DNA of 48,175 bases from Dissulfurispiraceae bacterium (GCA_035506695.1 DATJOY010000066.1:1-48175), one strand, 5' to 3'. Counted from the stretch's first letter, positions 26,380-35,338 are shown. Notes: a model not told the origin generated them from the sequence alone. Translations and numbers: made by a program.

Positions 26380-27097
26380 CCGGAAAGCCAATGTTTTCGC
26401 CGTTGTCCCTGCTGCGGGCATCGGCAAGAGGTTTGGTCCAGGCGGGAAAAAACTTTTCAACACCCTCGCGGGCAAACCCGTTATTATCTGGACACTTGAG
26501 CTGCTGCAGTCTGCGCCGGAAATCACTGAAATAATCCCTGCAGTGAAGGAAGAGGACCTGATGATTGTTGCGGACCTCATTGAAGAGTACGGGCTGCGCA
26601 AGGTAAAGCAGATAGTACCGGGTGGAAAAGAGCGGCAGGATTCGGTTTATAACGGACTTAGGACGATATCCGAGGACAAATCGATTGTTCTGATCCACGA
26701 CGGCGGGAGGCCGTTTGTTGATGCGGAGATGATATCAAGGGCTTTAAGGGAAGTCGGGGGTTGCGACGGCGCGGTGGTCGCCGTGCCTGTCAAAGACACG
26801 ATCAAGGAGGCTGATGCCGAAGATAACGAAACGGACTCTCCTTTCGTTCGCTGCACCCTGAACCGCGCCGTTCTGTATGCCGTACAAACGCCGCAGGTGT
26901 TTCCCTTCAGAGTGATAATGGAGGCCCATGAAAAGGCGAGAAGCGAGCGATTCATAGGCACCGACGATGCGTCCCTGGTCGAACGTTACGGCGGAAAAGT
27001 CAGGCTTGTGCCGGGGTCATACCGCAACATCAAGATAACGACGCCGGAAGACCTCGCGATTGCAGAAGCATTGATGAATTTGAGGCGGGAGACTTAA
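26372..27097 (+). CDS. ispD: 2-C-methyl-D-erythritol 4-phosphate cytidylyltransferase
   Basis: It has AVVPAAGIGKRFG and LIHDGGRPF motifs. There is an 8-nt overlap with the upstream gene. Confidence 0.93.
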   Translation: MNSRKANVFAVVPAAGIGKRFGPGGKKLFNTLAGKPVIIWTLELLQSAPEITEIIPAVKEEDLMIVADLIEEYGLRKVKQIVPGGKERQDSVYNGLRTISEDKSIVLIHDGGRPFVDAEMISRALREVGGCDGAVVAVPVKDTIKEADAEDNETDSPFVRCTLNRAVLYAVQTPQVFPFRVIMEAHEKARSERFIGTDDASLVERYGGKVRLVPGSYRNIKITTPEDLAIAEALMNLRRET

Positions 27098-27189
27098 CCC
27101 GCATTATCCATAAAACCTGCCATAGCCAAGCATACAACCTTAAGGCGCATTTATTTCCGGAGAGCAAATACTGTATCCTATACCTGGTT

Positions 27190-27666
27190 ATGCGAATCGG
27201 GATAGGATATGATTCTCACCGGTTTGCCGAGGGGAGGAAGCTGGTCCTCGGCGGGGTGGAGATACCGTTTGACCGGGGCCTGCTCGGTCATTCAGACGGA
27301 GATGCCCTCTGCCATGCCATTACCGATGCGATAATAGGAGCGCTCGGAAAAGGAGATATCGGCAAGCACTTTCCCGATTCCGACAACAAGTGGAAGAACG
27401 CATCAAGCGTGCTGATGCTTAAGCAGATCCTCGACCTCTCATCGTCGGAGGGATTCGAGATTGCCTGGATCGATTCGGTGATAATTACAGAAAGGCCCAA
27501 ACTGGCCGACTATATAGACGGTATGAAGCAGGCCCTTTCGCAGGCGGGAGTACCATCAGGCAGAATCAGCATTAAAGCCAAGACTAATGAAAGGATGGGG
27601 TTTGCCGGTCGCGAGGAAGGACTTGCGGCACAGGCGGTATGCCTGCTTGTGCCAAAAGAAAAATAA
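27190..27666 (+). CDS. ispF: 2-C-methyl-D-erythritol 2,4-cyclodiphosphate synthase
   Basis: 158 aa with MRIGIGYDSHRF and GHSDGDALCHAITDA motifs. Confidence 0.95.
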   Translation: MRIGIGYDSHRFAEGRKLVLGGVEIPFDRGLLGHSDGDALCHAITDAIIGALGKGDIGKHFPDSDNKWKNASSVLMLKQILDLSSSEGFEIAWIDSVIITERPKLADYIDGMKQALSQAGVPSGRISIKAKTNERMGFAGREEGLAAQAVCLLVPKEK

Positions 27667-27670
27667 CTGC

Positions 27671-28198
27671 TTACTCAATTCTCTTCGTTGCGGATTCTAT
27701 TAATTGAGTCTCTTCAGCTTTTCCAACAAGCATATCCATGTCCAGCAGTATGATAAGCCTGTCTTCGAGCTTCGCAATACCCTTGATGAATTCGGTGCTG
27801 ATATTGGACGCCATGGGTGGAGTCGGCTCGACGATATCGCCAGGGATCCTGAGTACTTCCGATACCCCATCAACGACAAGGCCCATTGTTATTCCCTGGA
27901 TGTCCATGATCATTATCCTGGACTGGTTATCGTTGTCCCTTTCATCAAGACTGAATTTGCTCCTGAGATTAATTACAGGAATTACCTTGCCCCTGAGGTT
28001 GATGACGCCTTCAACATAGGCAGGCGTATTTGGTACGCGGGTGATCTCCTTCATCCGGTTGATCTCCTGTACCTTGAGAATGTCTACAGCGTATTCCTCA
28101 TTGCCGAGCCTGAAGGTCACCAGTTGAAGTATTTCAGACATTCCTCCCGATGGGGAACTGTCATCAGCTGATTTCTTTGTAATTAGAGAGTCCATCAT
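27671..28198 (-). CDS. cheW: Chemotaxis coupling protein CheW
   Basis: 175 aa with LVTFRLGNEEYAVDILKVQEI and GVINLRGKVIPVINLR, a typical CheW fold signature. No other che genes are present in the window. Confidence 0.88.
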   Translation of the reverse strand: MMDSLITKKSADDSSPSGGMSEILQLVTFRLGNEEYAVDILKVQEINRMKEITRVPNTPAYVEGVINLRGKVIPVINLRSKFSLDERDNDNQSRIMIMDIQGITMGLVVDGVSEVLRIPGDIVEPTPPMASNISTEFIKGIAKLEDRLIILLDMDMLVGKAEETQLIESATKRIE

Positions 28199-28343
28199 AC
28201 ACCTCCATCTCCGGTGAGGCCATTGCTTTACTTAATTCTACGCTTTATGTTTTTTTTTTTCAATCACATCAGGACATTCAGATGCACAAATAAGGTAGTG
28301 GGCCGGTGTTTTGGGGTATAATAAACCCACGAATGGAGTGTGA

Positions 28344-29147
28344 ATGATGGATATATTAAAGACGATAGTTGCAAAAAAGACGGAAAGACTTGAAGACGCA
28401 CAATGCCGGATCACGCTGCATGAACTAAAGGTCCGACTCGCCGGTCTTGACATGCCGCGAGATTTCAGGACAGCACTTCAAAGAGGACAGGGCCCCGTCA
28501 AGCTTATAGCAGAGGTCAAGAAGGCTTCACCCTCGAAGGGACTCATTCGCAGTGATTTTGATCCTGTCAGGATCGCTGCCGCATACGAAACAAGTCCTGT
28601 CAGCGCAGTGTCCGTCCTTACCGAAGAAGATTTTTTCCAGGGCCATCTTTCCTATATCGGAAGGGTGAAGGGAGTAACGACGAAACCGGTCCTGAGAAAG
28701 GATTTCATATTTGATGAATACCAGATTTACGAATCACGGGTCTTCGGTGCAGATGCGATCCTGCTGATCGCCGCAATACTCGAAAAGAGAAGAGCGGAAG
28801 AATACATCAAAATGGCTTCGGAAATGGGGCTGGCAGTGCTCTTTGAAGTCCACAACGAGGAAGACCTTGCAAAAGCACTCGCTGTAGATGCAGACATTAT
28901 CGGAATCAACAACAGGGACCTCAAGACAATGTCGATCGACCTGACGACAACTCTGAAACTTAAAAAGGATATCCCGGCAGGAAAGCTTGTAGTAAGTGAA
29001 AGCGGTATAAGGACAAGACGAGATGTCCTGACACTGCAGGATAATGGCATTGATGCTATGCTCATTGGTACCTCTTTTATGGAAGTCCCGGACATTGGGG
29101 AAAAAATAAATGAGCTTATGTCGGACCGGGACGCATCTGATGCTTAA
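28344..29147 (+). CDS. trpC: Indole-3-glycerol phosphate synthase
   Basis: It has LIAEVKKASPSKG, FIFDEYQIYESR and GINNRDL motifs. It is isolated from other trp genes. Confidence 0.93.
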   Translation: MMDILKTIVAKKTERLEDAQCRITLHELKVRLAGLDMPRDFRTALQRGQGPVKLIAEVKKASPSKGLIRSDFDPVRIAAAYETSPVSAVSVLTEEDFFQGHLSYIGRVKGVTTKPVLRKDFIFDEYQIYESRVFGADAILLIAAILEKRRAEEYIKMASEMGLAVLFEVHNEEDLAKALAVDADIIGINNRDLKTMSIDLTTTLKLKKDIPAGKLVVSESGIRTRRDVLTLQDNGIDAMLIGTSFMEVPDIGEKINELMSDRDASDA

Positions 29148-29568
29148 GGTAATGTTTCTTTGCACAGCCAATTCCTGCAGGAGCCAGATGGCAGAAGGAA
29201 TCGCGCGTGAACTCGGCAGGCAGATCATTGAACCTTATAGCGCAGGACTTATGGCTGCTGGCGTTCATCCCAGGGCGGCAGCCGTAATGAGAGAGATAGG
29301 TATAGATATATCGCATCAACAATCAAAGGAGATCGACGCTGAACTTGTCCGCAAAATGGATGTGGTCATAACCCTATGCGGACATGCTGAGGCGACCTGT
29401 CCGACCACTCCGCCTCATGTGAAACGCCTTCACTGGCCTATTGAAGATCCGGTGGGAACGCGAGGCACAGAGGAAGTGATTATGAACGATTTCAGACGGG
29501 CACGGGACGAAATCAGATCTCTTATTGTTGATTTCATAAGAAAGACTGCAAAATCAGAAATCATCTGA
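29137..29568 (+). CDS. arsC: Arsenate reductase, thioredoxin-coupled LMW-PTP type
   Basis: It has VMFLCTANSCRSQMAEG (CX5R P-loop), TLCGHAEATCP (equivalents of Cys82/Cys89 of S. aureus ArsC) and HWPIEDP. The start is uncertain (ATG 29137 or 29149; the ORF opens at 29110). Confidence 0.85.
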   Translation: MMLKVMFLCTANSCRSQMAEGIARELGRQIIEPYSAGLMAAGVHPRAAAVMREIGIDISHQQSKEIDAELVRKMDVVITLCGHAEATCPTTPPHVKRLHWPIEDPVGTRGTEEVIMNDFRRARDEIRSLIVDFIRKTAKSEII

Positions 29569-29590
29569 CTGCACAGACTGGGGGCAGATT

Positions 29591-30010
29591 ATGCGCAGAG
29601 TTATGTTTCTTTGTACCGGCAATGCATGCAGGAGCCAGATGGCCGAGGCATTCGCCCGCGAACTCGGCAAAGGTGTCGTAGACCCATACAGTTCCGGGCT
29701 CATCGCAGTGGATCTGCATCCGTATGCGGTAGAAGCCATGATGGAAGTGGGTATAGACATCTCCGGCCAGAAGTCCAAGGAGATCGACCCGGAGCTTTTT
29801 GACGAAATGGATGTTGTAGTTACCCTGTGCAAGCCGGCCGAATTTTTCAGTCCCAGGTCTTCTCTTAATACAACCCGTATTTATCGGCCTATTACTGCGC
29901 CGGTGAGTACAGGCAAACCGAAAGAGGATATAATGAAAGATTTCAGAAGGACCCGGGACGAGATCCGGGTCCTTATTGAAGAGTTGTTGAGAGAAATCTC
30001 CTCATACTGA
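29591..30010 (+). CDS. ArsC/LMW-PTP-like paralog with degenerate redox-relay and acid motifs
   Basis: VMFLCTGNACRSQMAEA keeps the P-loop. However, TLCKPAEFFSP has Ser where the third Cys is expected, and YRPITAP replaces HW..DP. Confidence 0.7.
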   Translation: MRRVMFLCTGNACRSQMAEAFARELGKGVVDPYSSGLIAVDLHPYAVEAMMEVGIDISGQKSKEIDPELFDEMDVVVTLCKPAEFFSPRSSLNTTRIYRPITAPVSTGKPKEDIMKDFRRTRDEIRVLIEELLREISSY

Positions 30011-30021
30011 CAAAATATATT

Positions 30022-30885
30022 TTACCGCACAATTTCACCGACAGCCGACCAATCCATGTCGCCGAGGCCTCGCTGTACCGCCATGCGGAATATCTCTCGC
30101 ACCTCGGCGGACACCGGCAACGGCACGCCGAGTTCATCACCTATTCGCAGCGCATATGTCATGTCCTTATGCATCCAGCGCAAGGCGAATAATGCGTCGT
30201 CATGTTGTCTGGAAATGATATTCGGGGCCTTCATCGTGACAACTTTGCTGGCTAAAACACCGTCGTTAAGCGCCTGCAGCACCGTATCCATGTTCAGGCC
30301 CGCTTTTTCGGCCAGTGCCATACCCTCGCCGAGGGCCGCTACTTGTACAGCGGCCATCATGTTGTTTATGAGTTTGTAAGCTGCACCTGAAGCAGGCGGA
30401 CCGAAGTGAATCTGGCTCCTGCTGAAGCTGCGAAGAAGCGGTTGTATGGAATCAAAGACTTCAAGATCAGCACCTACGTAAAGGATGAGTGTGCCGTTTT
30501 GGGCCGCAGGCTTACTGCCCGCCATAGGCGTGTCGGCAAATTTCAGCCCTCTTGCCAGCGCTTCTGCGTGCAGCTGCCGCACCCATGTTAATGACAGGGT
30601 GCTGCATTCCATTACAAATGTTCCGGGACGGGCGCCTGACAAGGCACCTTCAGGCCCCAGCCACACTGCCCTTGAAGCCTTGTCGTCGCCTACTACAGCG
30701 ATCACAGCCTCTGAGCGGGATGCCGCAACTGCCGGAGATTCGGCCCAATGAGCCCCTTTCCCCAGTAACGGGGCGGCTTTATCAGCTGTCCGGTTATAGA
30801 TATGCAGGTTGTATCCCTCCTTGAGCATATTGGCTGCGATGCCGCTTCCCATGGTCCCAAGGCCGATCAGTGCGATATTCTTCAT
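30022..30885 (-). CDS. NAD(P)-dependent beta-hydroxyacid dehydrogenase (3-hydroxyisobutyrate dehydrogenase family)
   Basis: 287 aa with an N-terminal Rossmann motif IALIGLGTMGSGIAANM and a 6PGDH-like NAD-binding plus C-terminal helical domain pattern. Confidence 0.85.
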   Translation of the reverse strand: MKNIALIGLGTMGSGIAANMLKEGYNLHIYNRTADKAAPLLGKGAHWAESPAVAASRSEAVIAVVGDDKASRAVWLGPEGALSGARPGTFVMECSTLSLTWVRQLHAEALARGLKFADTPMAGSKPAAQNGTLILYVGADLEVFDSIQPLLRSFSRSQIHFGPPASGAAYKLINNMMAAVQVAALGEGMALAEKAGLNMDTVLQALNDGVLASKVVTMKAPNIISRQHDDALFALRWMHKDMTYALRIGDELGVPLPVSAEVREIFRMAVQRGLGDMDWSAVGEIVR

Positions 30886-31883
30886 TATATGTTCTCCCCT
30901 GTTCCTTTTGTTTCCTGACTGATTTTGACGTGCGGTACGATAAAGATGAATTTGCTGCCTTTGCCGGGTTCGCTTTCAACCCAGATTTTACCTCCGTGAA
31001 GTTCCACAATTCTTTTGCAGATGCTTAAACCGAGTCCGGTCCCCGGATATTTCCTGTTATACGAATTGTCGAGCTGCTGGAACGGTTGAAACAGTTTACC
31101 TTTGTCCTCCGTTGATATGCCTATTCCTGTGTCGGCAACGCTGAATTCAAGGAAACCAGAATTGAACCTTCGTACCTTCAAACGTATTGAGCCGCCATCA
31201 GGGGTAAATTTGACTGCATTGCCTGCCAGATTGAACAATACCTGCTTAAGAAGCCGGAGGTCTGCGACAATAGTGCCAAAGTCTTCTTCTGTTTCTGCGG
31301 TAATCTTTATGTTCCGTTTCAGCGCTTTTTCCTTAAAGAGGCTGAGGCCGCTGTCCATAAGATCTTTAACAAGGAACCGGTTAAAATTAAGTTCCATCCT
31401 GCCGGCCTCGATTTTCGAGAGGTCAAGCACATCATTTATGAGGCTCAGAAGATGGGAACCGCTCTCATAGATATGGTCTACAAATTCCTTCTGACGTTCA
31501 CTGATTTTCCCTGCCGATCCATCACGCATAATCTCGGAAAAGCCGATGATGGAATTCAGCGGGGTCCTTAATTCGTGGCTCATGTTAGCCAGAAAGTCCG
31601 ATTTTGCCTTATTGGCGGCTTCAGCGGCTTCCTTGGCGATTTCGGCCTCCATCGCCTTCTTCCGGCTTATCGAAAAATGCCTGATCATCCAGTATAAAAG
31701 CAGTGACGTAACAAAAACGTACAACCACCCTTTTGCGATGCTTATAAGAGTGATTTCCAGGGCGTTTGACGTTATTTCAGCAACCAACGTATCTGAAAGC
31801 ACAATCCAGATGCTGCCAAATATTGCATAAATCAGGGTTATTCTGAAAGGGGTAAGTACACCTCTGTGTTGTCGTTTGTTCAT
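30885..31883 (-). CDS. Membrane sensor histidine kinase (HisKA + HATPase_c), no cognate regulator adjacent
   Basis: Two N-terminal TM segments are followed by the H-box SHELRTPLNSIIGFSE, the N-box NLAGNAVKF and the G-box GTGLGLSICKRIVELHGG. Confidence 0.9.
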   Translation of the reverse strand: MNKRQHRGVLTPFRITLIYAIFGSIWIVLSDTLVAEITSNALEITLISIAKGWLYVFVTSLLLYWMIRHFSISRKKAMEAEIAKEAAEAANKAKSDFLANMSHELRTPLNSIIGFSEIMRDGSAGKISERQKEFVDHIYESGSHLLSLINDVLDLSKIEAGRMELNFNRFLVKDLMDSGLSLFKEKALKRNIKITAETEEDFGTIVADLRLLKQVLFNLAGNAVKFTPDGGSIRLKVRRFNSGFLEFSVADTGIGISTEDKGKLFQPFQQLDNSYNRKYPGTGLGLSICKRIVELHGGKIWVESEPGKGSKFIFIVPHVKISQETKGTGENI

Positions 31884-31967
31884 GGATATATATTATTCTA
31901 TACTATGTAATTTATCGCTACGCAAATTATATCAGATTTCAGATATGGTTTGGCTAAAAACAGGAGC

Positions 31968-32252
31968 TTAAAGGCGGGTCAGATATTCTTCCCATTCAAG
32001 GGGCAGGAGATATTTCTTTTTGTTGTTGCATTCCTTGCAGGCCGCAACAATGTTGCTTTTGACGGACTTGCCTCCCCTTATAATCGGCACGAGATGGTCC
32101 ATGGTCAGTTCCTTGGGATGGACCTGGGCGTTGCAGTAGTAACATCTGCCTCGCGCGCATTTTCTTTTCCACCACGTGCTTGCTCGCAAAAGTTGTGCTG
32201 CATTGCGCTGTCGCTTTGCTTCTTCGTCGGACACTTCAGGCACAAAAGACAT
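31968..32252 (-). CDS. Small HNH endonuclease-domain protein
   Basis: 94 aa. CYYCNAQV...TMDHLVPIIRGGKSVKSNIVAACKECNNKK is a CxxC...DH...N...CxxCN HNH/zinc-finger signature. The start overlaps the upstream stop (TAATG). Confidence 0.85.
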   Translation of the reverse strand: MSFVPEVSDEEAKRQRNAAQLLRASTWWKRKCARGRCYYCNAQVHPKELTMDHLVPIIRGGKSVKSNIVAACKECNNKKKYLLPLEWEEYLTRL

Positions 32253-32530
32253 TATCTGCTTCCTCTTTTGGCCTCCTCTTCTTCATAGAATTTCTTGTAG
32301 AGGACCTCCCACTCGGGACTGCCCTCCGCAAGTTTCCTGGAAAAGGAAAGGAGCTTCTTCGTCACTGCAGCATCGATCTCTTCACCGATCTTGAGCTGGG
32401 CCCCAATGGTCTTCTTTATCTCGCGGCGCACCTCGCTGTCATCCACTTTCAGGACTACCAGCTTATTATCGAGCAATCCCTTGAGCAGCATGTGCGAGGT
32501 GTGGCTGACCTTGTCGTCGGAGAGCATCAT
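32252..32530 (-). CDS. DUF507-family protein (copy B)
   Basis: 92 aa, charged and helical. LSDDKVSHTSHMLLKGLLDNKLV...EWEVLYKKFYEEE resembles the DUF507 family as I recall it. It has an ATGA overlap with copy A. Confidence 0.6.
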   Translation of the reverse strand: MMLSDDKVSHTSHMLLKGLLDNKLVVLKVDDSEVRREIKKTIGAQLKIGEEIDAAVTKKLLSFSRKLAEGSPEWEVLYKKFYEEEEAKRGSR

Positions 32531-32808
32531 ATGATTATGTTTCTCTCTTTCACGAGTTTCTGCTTGGTCATATCGAAAAGCCTGCGGTAATCGAGCCTGC
32601 CTTTTTCGATTTCAGGCTCGAATTTTTTCAGTATCTGCCGGACCTCATCGTTGAGCCTGTCCTCGACGGTAAGCTCTTCCAGGAGCAGTCTCTCGGTCTC
32701 GGCGATAAGGGTCTCGACCGGGACCTGGGATTCGACAAGTTCTTTTTTGACAAGATTGTCGACGATTCTCCTTGCCAGTAGAGGGACCCAGCTTTTGGGG
32801 ATCCGCAT
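32527..32808 (-). CDS. DUF507-family protein (copy A)
   Basis: 93 aa. The pattern VPLLARRIVDNLVKKELVE...RLDYRRLFDMTKQKLVKE is a distant paralog of copy B. It starts 1 nt after the rpsR stop. Confidence 0.6.
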   Translation of the reverse strand: MRIPKSWVPLLARRIVDNLVKKELVESQVPVETLIAETERLLLEELTVEDRLNDEVRQILKKFEPEIEKGRLDYRRLFDMTKQKLVKERNIII

Positions 32809-32809
32809 T

Positions 32810-33034
32810 TTACCTTTCCATGAACGGGATCAGGGCGATATTCCTTGCCCTTTTCATGGCAGTAGTAAGCTCCCTCTGGTGGACGGAACAGTTACCGGTC
32901 ACCTTTCTGGAAAGTATTTTGCCGCGCTCGGTCATATAGCCGCGCAGCACCTTGATGTCCTTGTAATCTATGAATGAGACCTTGTCGGCACAGAACCTGC
33001 AGAACTTCCTTCTCTGAAATCTCTTGGGCTGCAT
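32810..33034 (-). CDS. rpsR: 30S ribosomal protein S18
   Basis: 74 aa with [60 protein letters not shown]. Confidence 0.97.
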   Translation of the reverse strand: MQPKRFQRRKFCRFCADKVSFIDYKDIKVLRGYMTERGKILSRKVTGNCSVHQRELTTAMKRARNIALIPFMER

Positions 33035-33061
33035 TATATTATTTCCTCCGTATATTTTTGA

Positions 33062-33451
33062 TTAAAAGGGTTCGACGTCCGAAATTTCATCCGGCATACC
33101 GGCTTCTCCCGAGGTGGAAGCGCCCGTCTGCTCTTTTTTGGAAAGGAACCTGACCGTGTTTGCAACCACTTCCATCTTGCTCTTCTTCTGGCCCTCATAC
33201 TCCCATCTTCTTTCCCGAAGCCTGCCTTCGACAAGACAGCTCCTGCCCTTGCTGAGGTATTGGCCGCAGGCCTCGGCCTGTTTGCCGAATACGACCGCAT
33301 CAATAAAGAGGGTCTCTTCTTTCCATTCATCACCGGATTTAAATTTCGAATTGACGGCAATGGGGACTGTTGCGACCGGCGTCCCTCCGGGAGTATATCT
33401 GACCTCAGGGTCCTTGGTAAGATTGCCTATAAAGATGACGCGGTTGAACAT
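33062..33451 (-). CDS. ssb: Single-stranded DNA-binding protein
   Basis: 129 aa with MFNRVIFIGNLTKDPEVRYTPGGTPVATVPIAVN and an acidic C-terminal tip DEISDVEPF. Confidence 0.95.
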   Translation of the reverse strand: MFNRVIFIGNLTKDPEVRYTPGGTPVATVPIAVNSKFKSGDEWKEETLFIDAVVFGKQAEACGQYLSKGRSCLVEGRLRERRWEYEGQKKSKMEVVANTVRFLSKKEQTGASTSGEAGMPDEISDVEPF

Positions 33452-33829
33452 TTAGACACCTTCTTTTGTCTCGGCAGAAACGGCTGCTTCTTCGGGCGCA
33501 GGGGCCATCCCGCTAATCTCTTTGGGGAGAGCTGCAATCTGCTTTTTGCCGAGCTTTACGACCATGAATTTAAGTACGATGTCGAGGACCTTGAAATACT
33601 CTTCGAGTTTTTTGATGGCTGCCGACGGGGCCTTGAAAAGAAAGAATACGTAGTTACCCATCTTTTGCTTGCTCATTTCATAGGCGAGTCTTCTTTTGCC
33701 CCAGACTTCGACCTTGAATACTTCTGCTTCGGCATTATTGAGGAGGTCGGTTATCTTTTCAATAATCGCCTTGGCCTCTTCCTCACCGAGAGACGGGTTT
33801 AGGATTACAACTGTTTCATAGAAATTCAT
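33452..33829 (-). CDS. rpsF: 30S ribosomal protein S6
   Basis: 125 aa with MNFYETVVILNPSLGEEEAKAIIEKI...WGKRRLAYEM. Confidence 0.96.
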   Translation of the reverse strand: MNFYETVVILNPSLGEEEAKAIIEKITDLLNNAEAEVFKVEVWGKRRLAYEMSKQKMGNYVFFLFKAPSAAIKKLEEYFKVLDIVLKFMVVKLGKKQIAALPKEISGMAPAPEEAAVSAETKEGV

Positions 33830-33949
33830 CTAAAACCTCCACCTGGATATCAAGCCCATCCACAAAGGGAAGAGCATGGAGAGGGACACTAATTGCGGTC
33901 TAACCCGTGTCCGTCAGACTAGTTTTATAACATATATTTTGCTTTGAAA

Positions 33950-35338
33950 TCAAATTATCTTATAGTCTTTTATCTTTTTGTTCAGGGTGTTTCTGTTTAT
34001 TCCCAAAATCTTTGCCGCCGCAACCTGGTTGCCCCCGGTCTCGTTAAGTACAATGCTGAAGAGTGCTTTCTCCACTTCGGACACTACAGTATCATAAAGG
34101 TTCGATTTTTCGAGCTTCTTCATCTCGGTGAGAAATCCGTTTAATTTTTCTTCAAGAAACTCCTTGACAGAGAAAGAATTATAATCGCCGTTGAACAGGT
34201 CTCTTCTTTCGATGACACTGTCCCTCGATAGTATGGATGCCCTCTTTATTGTATTTTCGAGTTCCCGCACATTCCCCGGCCAGCCGTATTCGGACATGGA
34301 TTTTTCCGCATCTTTGGAGAAATCCTTGGGTGGTAGTTCGAATGCCTTAACCGACTCTTTAAGAAAATGGCGGGCAAGGGGGATAATATCATCTCTGCGG
34401 TCCCGCAGCGGCGGGATTCTAATTTCGATGACGTTGAACCGGTAATACAGATCATCCCTGAACAGACCGTTTCTTACGCAGGTCTTAAGGTCCTGGTTTG
34501 TGGCACCGATGATCCTTACGTCTGCCTTGACTATCTTTCCACTGCCCAGGGGACTGTATTCCTTTTCCTGCAAAAACCGCAGAAGCTTGGCCTGAAGGTC
34601 TATGTCCAGCTCCGATATCTCATCAAGAAAGAGTGTTCCTCCATCTGCGGCCTGTATTCTGCCGCCTCTTTTTTCAGAAGCACCTGTGAAGGCCCCCTTT
34701 TCAAACCCGAAGAGCTCAGCTTCGAGGAGCTCTCCCGGAATCGAGGCGGAATTGAATGCTATGAACGGACTGAACTTGCGTCTGCCGTTATTATGGATTG
34801 CGTGCGCAACAAGCTCTTTGCCGGTGCCGCTTTCTCCTGATATCAGCACTGTTACGTCTTTTGCTGCGACCCTGCCCATCTCTTTAAATATCTTGAGCAT
34901 GCCCTTGCTTTTTCCAATGATCTCGGAGCCTCTTAACTCTTCCTTGGTCTGCCTCAACTTAAGCAGTTCTTCTCTCATCAAAATGTCTCTGAAGGCCTTT
35001 TCAACAACTATCCTGAGTTCATCGATATCGAAAGGTTTTTCGAGGTAATCGTACGCGCCTTCTTTCATTGCCTCTACGGCGCTTTCCATTCTTCCATGCG
35101 CCGTGACGATTATAACAAGTGCATTGGAGTTAAAAACCCGGATCTCCTGCAATGCCTGGATCCCATTGCCGTCGGGAAGCATTAAATCCAGCAGGATAAT
35201 ATTGAATTTATCGAGGACCTTCAGCCCGGCCTTTATCGTGGTCTTTACTATTACATCGTAGCCGAGCGGTTCAAGGGTCTTGCGAATGACCCAGGCTACG
35301 CCTTCATCATCGTCTATGACAAGGATTCGTTTGTCCAT
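33950..35338 (-). CDS. Sigma-54-dependent response regulator (NtrC family)
   Basis: It has a receiver domain (ILVIDDDEGV...DLMLPDGNG), an AAA+ domain (GESGTGKELVA, GAFTGA, ESELFG-like ELFGFEKG) and a C-terminal Fis-type HTH (AAKILGINRNTLNKKIKDY). Confidence 0.92.
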   Translation of the reverse strand: MDKRILVIDDDEGVAWVIRKTLEPLGYDVIVKTTIKAGLKVLDKFNIILLDLMLPDGNGIQALQEIRVFNSNALVIIVTAHGRMESAVEAMKEGAYDYLEKPFDIDELRIVVEKAFRDILMREELLKLRQTKEELRGSEIIGKSKGMLKIFKEMGRVAAKDVTVLISGESGTGKELVAHAIHNNGRRKFSPFIAFNSASIPGELLEAELFGFEKGAFTGASEKRGGRIQAADGGTLFLDEISELDIDLQAKLLRFLQEKEYSPLGSGKIVKADVRIIGATNQDLKTCVRNGLFRDDLYYRFNVIEIRIPPLRDRRDDIIPLARHFLKESVKAFELPPKDFSKDAEKSMSEYGWPGNVRELENTIKRASILSRDSVIERRDLFNGDYNSFSVKEFLEEKLNGFLTEMKKLEKSNLYDTVVSEVEKALFSIVLNETGGNQVAAAKILGINRNTLNKKIKDYKII

